A DNA stretch of 64,000 bases, from contig CAZSRZ010000012.1 of assembly GCA_964609085.1 (NCBI GenBank), positions 2,292-66,291 of the forward strand. Direction: 5' to 3'. Both the position numbers and the translations under genes were made by a program. The DNA is from an uncultured bacterium (GTDB taxonomy: Bacteria > Armatimonadota > SYMT01). Positions 58,047-64,000 of the stretch are shown here, in pieces (within the stretch, counting starts at the first letter, position 1; every line of letters begins with the position of its first letter). The notes under the pieces were generated by a model. It was not told where the DNA came from. It did no database searches and saw nothing but the letters and a program-made list of their open reading frames with translations.

Positions 58047-58317
58047 CTGCGGCGTCCGCGCTGTGCCCGCGGACCAGTGTCTGCGTACAGCACCACAGCC
58101 GGCACGCAATCGCAAAAGAGGAGCCAGGTACTTTCTGAATGGCCGAGGAGTTTCTGGGGCGGATGTCGAATCAACTCCTGACGCCGCTCGGTGGCGGCGA
58201 GGGGAGCCACGATGCTCGGCAAACGCAGAGCGAAACCCGGTCCGCGCTCTCTTGACCGGTGGATGGTCGCCACCACCAGCCCCGGCATTTGGTCCGGCGT
58301 TCTCGATTCACGCGGCA

Positions 58318-59871
58318 ATGGCCAACGGTATGACCGTGAGTCACACCTATGACAGCGACAGCCGCGAACTGCTGCTGGAGAACCGGAAGAGCGATGGCAC
58401 GGGGATCGCCGTCTACACGGCGCAGTATGACAACGCTGGCAATCGGCTCAACGTCGTCGAGCTCGACGGCAGCCGGGTGACGTATGGCTACGACGAAGTA
58501 TCCCAGCTCACCAGCGAGGTGCGGTCGGGGACCTGGCCCTACGACATCCAGTATGAGTACGACGGCTGCATGAACCGGAAGCGGATGATCGAGAGCGGCG
58601 CCGTCACCAGCTACAGCCACAACGCGGCCAACGAGCTTCTCGTGGTCCAACCCTTCAACGCCTTCCCGACCAGCATGACCTGGGACGCCGACGGGAACCT
58701 GGAGACCGAAGTCACCGGGGCGAATCGGACCACGCGAAGCTGGGACTCCGAGAACATGATGGTCAGCGTCAGCAGCCCCGACGGCCTGGCCACCCACACC
58801 TACAGCCAGGGTCAGAACGGCTACCGCGTGCGCAAAGCAGACCCGGACGGAACGACGGTCTTCGTCTGGGATCTCGAGAACATGCTTCTCGAGGCAGACC
58901 TGGCCGGCGTGACACAGGCGAAGTACACCGACTTTCCGGGGTATTGGGGTGGCCTGGCCAGCCAGCGGATGAGCAGCGTCTCCGGTTGGTACTGTACGGA
59001 CGCGGACGGAAACGTGCGCTACCTGGTTGATGAACAGGGTCTCGCGGGCGGCCAGATCTGTCTCGCGTCGTTTGGGGTGCGGCTGGACGGCGCCGTCGGG
59101 CGGGAGCTACCCTGCGTCTTCCACGGCCTCACGGGGTACCGCACTGCGGGAGCAACCCTATTCGTTCGCGCGAGATCTCTGCAGCCCTCGGTCGGCCGAT
59201 TCTCGAGCCGTGACCCCTTCGGTACCTCTGATCTCTACGTGTATTGCGGTAATCGGCCTCTCCTGCTGGACGACCCATCTGGGCTAGTATCCAGGAAGGG
59301 GAAGCCGTCGGGTGTCGAGTGGACTGCCTTGCTTCCCATTCTTCCTTCTCCACTTAGGGAACTATGCCTTGGGGCAGCGACGTGTCAGTACCTGCAAGGA
59401 CTGACCGAGTACGGCAACTGGTGTGGAGCGGGGATCTCAGGTCCAGCCACCGGTCGTCCGAGCACCACCTGTGATTGTATCGATACGGGGTGCGCAAACC
59501 ACGACGCCTGTCTCCGGGGAATCGCGCCTGGCACTTCCTTGGCACGGCTAGCGTGCGACACGGCCCTCTGCCGCAAGGCTAAGTCGTGCCTCGGCGGGGG
59601 CTGCGATCGGCAGGTTGCGTCGCCGCCGTGTACACCGGTAACCTGCAGGCAATTTGCCTGGCGCATAATATTGAACTTCTGCCAGGGCGGAGCAGGTTCG
59701 AGCCCCCCGGCCACGTATCCCGTGCCCGCCGTCAACGGCAACCGTAACACGTCGATCGATGACATCCGCAACTGGTGCGTGTGGTATGGATGGCCGGGGA
59801 TATCGCTTTACCATCCTCCTTTTCCCAACCCTCTCGGTCCGCTACCAGGTTCAAGTTATTTCTGGAGGTGA
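58318..59871 (+). CDS. N-terminally truncated RHS/YD-repeat polymorphic toxin with C-terminal secreted-PLA2-like domain
   Basis: YD repeats are present ('YDSDSRELL', 'YTAQYDNAGNRL', 'YGYDEVSQL', 'YEYDGCMNRKR'). The RHS core ends with 'GYRTAGATLFVRARSLQPSVGRFSSRDPFG...LLLDDPSGL'. A 190-aa Cys-rich tail then carries 'YGNWCGAGISG' (PLA2 Ca-loop-like YGxxCGxG) and 'DCIDTGCANHDACL' (PLA2 catalytic CCxxHDxC-like). There is no PAAR or other N-terminal trafficking domain. Confidence 0.7.
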   Translation: MANGMTVSHTYDSDSRELLLENRKSDGTGIAVYTAQYDNAGNRLNVVELDGSRVTYGYDEVSQLTSEVRSGTWPYDIQYEYDGCMNRKRMIESGAVTSYSHNAANELLVVQPFNAFPTSMTWDADGNLETEVTGANRTTRSWDSENMMVSVSSPDGLATHTYSQGQNGYRVRKADPDGTTVFVWDLENMLLEADLAGVTQAKYTDFPGYWGGLASQRMSSVSGWYCTDADGNVRYLVDEQGLAGGQICLASFGVRLDGAVGRELPCVFHGLTGYRTAGATLFVRARSLQPSVGRFSSRDPFGTSDLYVYCGNRPLLLDDPSGLVSRKGKPSGVEWTALLPILPSPLRELCLGAATCQYLQGLTEYGNWCGAGISGPATGRPSTTCDCIDTGCANHDACLRGIAPGTSLARLACDTALCRKAKSCLGGGCDRQVASPPCTPVTCRQFAWRIILNFCQGGAGSSPPATYPVPAVNGNRNTSIDDIRNWCVWYGWPGISLYHPPFPNPLGPLPGSSYFWR

Positions 59872-59873
59872 CG

Positions 59874-60950
59874 ATGGCGAACACGCGAACCCGAAAGGGC
59901 CCGAATTGGCTCGATAAAGTGTTGTTGCCGGCGGTGACGGTTGGCATTCTCGCGTGCTGCATTCTCAGTTCCGGCTGTAGTGCCGTCAGCAACGACACAT
60001 TCCAGGACTCTGCGATCGACGTCTCCGCTGACGGCAACCGGATCTGCTTCGCCGCGGCAGGCGACGGCAGGAGAGACATCTACTGGCTCGACAGGCGGAC
60101 AGGTTTGGTCCAACTGGTCGCCAAAACCGCCCAATGGGAACGGGGACCTCGGTTCGTGCCGGGATCCAATATGCTGGTGTGCAGTGCGGGCGACGCGGGA
60201 GGTGAGTCGGCCCACATTGAGCAGCGCGATCTCGGCGGGACCGCCGGACCAGTAATGCTCACCGCAGACGAGGCGCAGATCGACGAGTGCCCAGCCGTGT
60301 CGCCGAACGGGAGACTGGTGGCCTTCGCGCGCGCGCCAAAGCTCGGACTGGGGCCTAACGGCTATCTACCCGGATCATGGGACGTCTACACTGTCAGCGT
60401 GAAAGGGGGTGCTCCCGTCCAACGCACCACGATTGGCTTTGGGCGGTTGGTCTCCTTGGCCTTCTCTACTGACGGTAGGTATGTCTATTTCAATGCTCAG
60501 CGACTGCGCGTCCCTGGCTTTCGCGTTTTCCGCCTGGACTTGGCTCGACCAGCGCAGCCGGTTGAACTCAAGATGCGGCTCCCCGTGTACGAGCCGATCC
60601 CGGGACCAGGCGCGAACAGCATACTGTACTGCTCAACGGCCAAGGCGAATCCACCTGGGGGGCCAAGTACGGGTACCGTGGAGCTATTCAGGATGGACGG
60701 TCTCGCAAAGAATCGGTGGGGCAATCCCTCGCAGCTCACGCACGGGGATCAACCCATTTGGAGTCCAGTGCTCGCTCGCTCTACGCAGACGGTTTACTTC
60801 GTTCGGCAGTCGCCTAGCAGTACCATGAGGCGCCGGATGGCGGAGATCCGTAGTTACTCGCTCACCAATGGCACCGAGTCAAAGGTGGCTGGCGAGCAAA
60901 TTTTTAGCGATCCCCTTGGCGGGTCGACTGCGCCCGGGCAGGTCCGTTGA
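59874..60950 (+). CDS. PD40/TolB-like beta-propeller lipoprotein (candidate immunity protein)
   Basis: The ATG lies 2 nt after the RHS stop, with a 'ggagg' RBS. The signal peptide and lipobox is 'VGILACCILSSGC'. Repeated 'SADGNRICF', 'SPNGRLVAF' and 'STDGRYVYF' blades match the PD40 pattern. Confidence 0.65.
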   Translation: MANTRTRKGPNWLDKVLLPAVTVGILACCILSSGCSAVSNDTFQDSAIDVSADGNRICFAAAGDGRRDIYWLDRRTGLVQLVAKTAQWERGPRFVPGSNMLVCSAGDAGGESAHIEQRDLGGTAGPVMLTADEAQIDECPAVSPNGRLVAFARAPKLGLGPNGYLPGSWDVYTVSVKGGAPVQRTTIGFGRLVSLAFSTDGRYVYFNAQRLRVPGFRVFRLDLARPAQPVELKMRLPVYEPIPGPGANSILYCSTAKANPPGGPSTGTVELFRMDGLAKNRWGNPSQLTHGDQPIWSPVLARSTQTVYFVRQSPSSTMRRRMAEIRSYSLTNGTESKVAGEQIFSDPLGGSTAPGQVR

Positions 60951-61645
60951 CTTCACGAAGCGTCGCCACCATGGGGAAGATCGATCGACCCGAAACTGTT
61001 CCGGACAGCCGAAAGCGCGATGGGACGGGGAGCGGACTCCACACGGCGAGTTACGATCAAGCGGCGAACCGCCTCAACCTGGTCGAGCTGGACGGCAGCC
61101 GGGTGACGTGTGGCTACGACGAGTCCTATCAGCTCACCAGCGAGGTGAGATCCGGCACCTGGCCGTATGACATTGCCTATCAGTATGACGGCGCCTCAAA
61201 CCGGCTGGTGAAGGTGAAGGACGGTCAGCGAACGACGAGCACCTACAACGCCGCGCAGGAGCTGACGGTCATCCAGCATCCCGACGGGACGCGCACCACT
61301 CTCACCTGGGATCCCAACCGCAACCTGGAGACGGAGACCCTTGGATCGGCGACTACCACCTACCAGTGGGATGCCGAGAACCAGATTCGGCAGATCACCG
61401 AGCCACCGAGTACCGTTAACACCTACCGTTACCGGGCCCATCACTGTCGCGGCATCCAGCAGAACGACACCAGCACCAAGTACCTGATCTGGGACTGGCA
61501 GAACTGCGCACTGGAGCTGACCGACGGCCTGGCAGTGGCCGCCGAGTACTCGGGATACCCGGGCGAGTGGGGCGGGCTGGCCAGCATGCGCCGCGGCGGT
61601 GCGTGTGGCTTGCTTCATCCGGACTACTCTGCAAAGAAACTGTGA
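60947..61645 (+). CDS. RHS/YD-repeat fragment (paralogue of 58.3-59.0 kb region, no RHS core or toxin; probable remnant)
   Basis: 'NRLNLVELDGSRVTCGYDESYQLTSEVRSGTWPYDIAYQYDG' is roughly half identical to the corresponding stretch of the upstream RHS gene. It ends just after the conserved 'YPGEWGGLAS' block, about 50 bp inside the point where GC content drops. It has a TTG start, or an ATG at 60971. Confidence 0.5.
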   Translation: MTSRSVATMGKIDRPETVPDSRKRDGTGSGLHTASYDQAANRLNLVELDGSRVTCGYDESYQLTSEVRSGTWPYDIAYQYDGASNRLVKVKDGQRTTSTYNAAQELTVIQHPDGTRTTLTWDPNRNLETETLGSATTTYQWDAENQIRQITEPPSTVNTYRYRAHHCRGIQQNDTSTKYLIWDWQNCALELTDGLAVAAEYSGYPGEWGGLASMRRGGACGLLHPDYSAKKL

Positions 61646-61944
61646 AACCACTGTTAGCACTTTTGGTGCTGCCAACTATGGGAATGGTGGCACTCAAGAT
61701 GATCGGGCTATTGGTGGGGATTGAAACCGGTATTGTGGGCTTCTTCGCAGTTGGTGTTGTTACGTTGTTATTGGCCCGCCGAACTGCACGGGCTGCTGTT
61801 TCGCAGCTGGAACACATGCGTGGTGGCTGGAACCAACCTGGAGACGAGACATTTGCCCTGAGATGTCTTACATGGGTTTTCTGGCTGGTGGGAACCATGT
61901 ATGTTTTATTTGGGCTGGTTGAGATTGTCGTGGCGCTGAAATGA
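61643..61944 (+). CDS. small 2-3 TM membrane protein (hypothetical)
   Basis: A GTG start overlaps the RHS-fragment stop. The translation includes 'LALLVLPTMGMVALKMIGLLVGIETGIVGFFAVGVVTLLLA' and a second helix 'WVFWLVGTMYVLFGLVEIVVAL'. Confidence 0.4.
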
Positions 61945-62157
61945 CGCTTCAGATTCGGTCGGGTCGGGCCGCAAAGCAATCGGTCGGCCGAGAGCGCACC
62001 ATCAGCCGCCGACACTTCACTCCCCCATCCGCTCCGCTAAACGATTGCTTTGTTGCCACCACGATAGCTCGATTTGGGGCTGGAGGTGTCGATCTCCGTG
62101 CGGATGTGCAGTGAATGTGGACGACAGGCAGTCCACGGGTTGACCCGATCAGCTTGT

Positions 62158-62178
62158 ATTCAGTATTGGCTACTGAAT
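62158..62178. promoter_or_regulatory. perfect 8-bp inverted repeat (candidate operator) upstream of small ORF
   Basis: ATTCAGTA-TTGGC-TACTGAAT lies 60 bp upstream of the 62240 ORF. TTGACC at 62141 is a possible -35 element. Confidence 0.3.
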
Positions 62179-62239
62179 CCGCCTCGGTTCGAGTCTGGCG
62201 GCGCCAGGGCAATGCAGTGGCTAGTTTGGAGCTCTAGAA

Positions 62240-62449
62240 ATGCCTAGATGGATTGACTATCTGGCGCTGATTGGGATCAGTGTCCTCGGATTGGGTGCGG
62301 CCGGATGCGCTTTGGTGTTCGTTCAGTTGGCAGAAAGGGGCAGTATGGCGGAAGCACGCCCCTGGGTGTGGGGTGAAGTCGGTCTGTCTCTGGTCTGCGG
62401 TGGGATTCTGGTCTGGTATTTCAAAAAAACTGTTAGACAGATGCGCTGA
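62240..62449 (+). CDS. small 2-TM membrane protein (hypothetical)
   Basis: The translation is 'MPRWIDYLALIGISVLGLGAAGCALVFVQLAERG...WVWGEVGLSLVCGGILVWYFKK', 69 aa, lying in the low-GC island. Confidence 0.4.
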   Translation: MPRWIDYLALIGISVLGLGAAGCALVFVQLAERGSMAEARPWVWGEVGLSLVCGGILVWYFKKTVRQMR

Positions 62450-62582
62450 TCTCTAAGAACAGGTGTGAACAACTGAACCACAAACAGGCGTTGAAAACGG
62501 ATCCATCCCTGGGGCATCTCTCAGGCGATCGCATATCTCGAGTTGGACCAGAGGCTATTCTGCCACTGAAGGATTGGATTTA

Positions 62583-63113
62583 ATGAGCGATACGGGCTTA
62601 CTGACGAGAATTGGGCGATTAGGAACGGTAGTCTTTGGTGTGGGGTGGGTTGGCGTAACGGTGGCCGCAGTATTATCTACCCCGGTAATCTTGAGATCTG
62701 GTGCAGCCGGGCTTTTCGATATGGCGGTCCTGATTCTTACTGCGGTTGGCACTGGCCGACTGACGAGAATGGCCAGTCTTCCACACGCAAAAGCAGCTCT
62801 GACAGCCTCCTGGGCTGGACCGCTGATCTTGCTTGTGGAAACTGTGCTGGTCTCTGATATGTCACCAGGATCTACCGGACTGAGAGTTGGCATTATCCAA
62901 GGTTTACTGGAAGCCGCTTTCTTCTGCTGGCTAGTGCGCGCCTACGGGGCGTTAACCTGGGTTGCTCTGGGCCCGATTGGCTCCGACCGCGGATCGAGGG
63001 TTTTCCGGTTTGCTGCGGACATGCCGGGCCGTCTCTGGTGGTTGCTACCGATGTTCTTCCTTCTGAAGGGAGTCCTGGTTTTCTGGCTTGTTAGCCGTAG
63101 TGGAAGCGGTTAG
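62583..63113 (+). CDS. multi-TM membrane protein (hypothetical; candidate orphan immunity protein)
   Basis: The ATG at 62583 follows an 'aagga' RBS. Four or five hydrophobic helices are present ('GTVVFGVGWVGVTVAAVL', 'MAVLILTAVGTG', 'WAGPLILLVETVLV', 'LLPMFFLLKGVLVFWLV'). It lies in the low-GC island. Confidence 0.45.
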   Translation: MSDTGLLTRIGRLGTVVFGVGWVGVTVAAVLSTPVILRSGAAGLFDMAVLILTAVGTGRLTRMASLPHAKAALTASWAGPLILLVETVLVSDMSPGSTGLRVGIIQGLLEAAFFCWLVRAYGALTWVALGPIGSDRGSRVFRFAADMPGRLWWLLPMFFLLKGVLVFWLVSRSGSG

Positions 63114-63189
63114 CGGCCTGTGGTGAGACCGGCTCGGCGTCTTTTCCCCGGGCCGCCCGGTGACCGCTTCGGGGCCGAGCCCGCCGGCC

Positions 63190-64000
63190 TCAAAGCACCG
63201 CGCCAATGAGCCAGGGATTGAACTCCTCGTCGCCGATGCCGTGGAGTTCGCTCTTCGTCTTCTCGCCGCCGGCCACGGAGATGACCTTTTCCAGGATCGC
63301 CCGGCCCACGTCGGGAACCGTTGCCCCCTGCAGGATGATGCCAGCGTCCAGGTCCATATCGTCGTTCATGTGTTCGAACAGGGGCGTGTTGGTGGCCACT
63401 TTGATGCTCGGTGCCGGTTTGCAGCCGAACACGGAGCCGCGACCGGTGGTGAAGACCACCACGTTGCAGCCGCCGGCAACCAGGCCCGTGACCGAGACGG
63501 GATCATGCCCGGGCGTGTCCATGAATACGAAACCGCGCTTCTGAATCGGCTCGGCGTACTCGAGGACGTCGACCAGCGGGCCATTGCCGCCTTTGGCGAG
63601 GGCCCCCAGTGACTTCTCGTAGATGGTGGTGAGTCCCCCGGCTTTGTTGCCGGGGCTCGGGTTGTTGTCGATCTCGCCGCCGAACATGGACGTGTAGCGC
63701 TCCCACCAACGCATGAGCGCAACGAGCTTTTTTCCCACCTCCGGGGTGACCGATCGGCGGGTCAGCAGGTGCTCGGCCCCGTACGTCTCCGTGGTTTCCG
63801 CCAGCACGCTGGTGCCGCCGTGGCGCACGAGTTCGTCCGTCATCCAGCCGACGGCCGGGTTAGCCGTGATGCCGGAGTTGCCGTCGCTGCCGCCGCAGTT
63901 GGTGGCGACGAAGATCTCGGCGATCGGCTGCGGGGTCCGGGCGAAGTTGTTAGCCCAGGGAAGCAAGCCCTGGATTTCGCGGATGCCCCGCTCAACGGCC
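63190..64000 (-). CDS. UxaA/GarD-family sugar-acid dehydratase, C-terminal part (gene continues past window end)
   Basis: Motifs 'VATNCGGSDGNSGITANPAVG', 'FMDTPGHDPVSVTGLVAGGCNVVVFTTGRGS' and 'GCKPAPSIKVATN' match altronate/galactarate dehydratase C-terminal domains. The gene is on the minus strand, and its start lies beyond position 64000. Confidence 0.7.
   Translation of the reverse strand, partial: AVERGIREIQGLLPWANNFARTPQPIAEIFVATNCGGSDGNSGITANPAVGWMTDELVRHGGTSVLAETTETYGAEHLLTRRSVTPEVGKKLVALMRWWERYTSMFGGEIDNNPSPGNKAGGLTTIYEKSLGALAKGGNGPLVDVLEYAEPIQKRGFVFMDTPGHDPVSVTGLVAGGCNVVVFTTGRGSVFGCKPAPSIKVATNTPLFEHMNDDMDLDAGIILQGATVPDVGRAILEKVISVAGGEKTKSELHGIGDEEFNPWLIGAVL

Larger units (their letters stand above)
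61640..63120. other. low-GC (about 50-55%) island
   Basis: Codon and GC composition differ visibly from the flanking 67-68% GC DNA. The island encodes only small TM proteins. Confidence 0.55.

Noticed and set aside
62180-62205. tRNA-like 3' fragment 'GGTTCGAGTCTGGCGGCGCCA' in the low-GC island (possible att site remnant)
   Set aside because: I could not fold a T-stem or acceptor stem with more than 3 Watson-Crick pairs, and there is no upstream D- or anticodon arm, so it is probably coincidental.
61640-63120. Prophage, IS or integrative element
   Set aside because: No integrase, transposase, terminal inverted repeats or phage structural genes were recognisable. Only the compositional shift is seen, so it is reported as an island of unknown origin rather than a mobile element.
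63141-63190. Terminator hairpin between convergent membrane-protein and dehydratase genes
   Set aside because: There are only imperfect GC-rich complementarity segments and no clean stem.

Overview
The window is 64 kb of very GC-rich (about 67-68%) and densely coding bacterial DNA. Three tandem PSCyt-DUF1549-DUF1553 / DUF1501 gene pairs point to a Planctomycetota or other PVC-type genome; this is an inference from gene content. All gene calls rest on motifs I could read in the translations, and no database search was run.

The window contains, in order:
- the 5'-truncated end of a CAX-family Ca2+/H+ antiporter gene;
- a tightly packed (translationally coupled) lipid A / inner-core LPS operon: msbA-like ABC exporter, waaA/kdtA, GT9 heptosyltransferase, lpxK, lpxL-family acyltransferase, two more GT9 genes and a sulfatase-family enzyme with an atypical active-site motif;
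- hflX and queA, then a NYN-domain protein with a proline-rich linker and a DUF1992 protein on the minus strand;
- a GT4 glycosyltransferase, universal stress protein and GH15 glycoside hydrolase cluster;
- one lone DUF1501 gene, three tandem PSCyt/DUF1549/DUF1553 + DUF1501 pairs, and a beta-propeller/c-type cytochrome fusion;
- an orphan ABC-type AAA ATPase that may be defence-related;
- a membrane protein, an orphan GAF-PAS histidine kinase, Mrp/ApbC and mgtE;
- a canonical tmRNA (ssrA, minus strand, 41111..41460) with a readable tag-peptide ORF;
- a GH78 alpha-L-rhamnosidase, then a vWA / two-FHA / PP2C / Hanks-kinase / TPR signalling cluster;
- tdh-kbl (threonine degradation) followed by a FIST sensor gene.

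The most unusual part is the 3' end (57.6-63.1 kb). It holds a 176-190 bp tandem direct repeat, then an N-terminally truncated RHS/YD-repeat polymorphic toxin whose C-terminal domain carries secreted-phospholipase-A2-like motifs. A PD40 beta-propeller lipoprotein immediately downstream is a candidate immunity gene. This is followed by a second, paralogous RHS fragment that ends at a sharp GC-content drop, and then a low-GC island encoding only small multi-TM proteins.

I saw no rRNA, no tRNA, no CRISPR array and no integrase or transposase.
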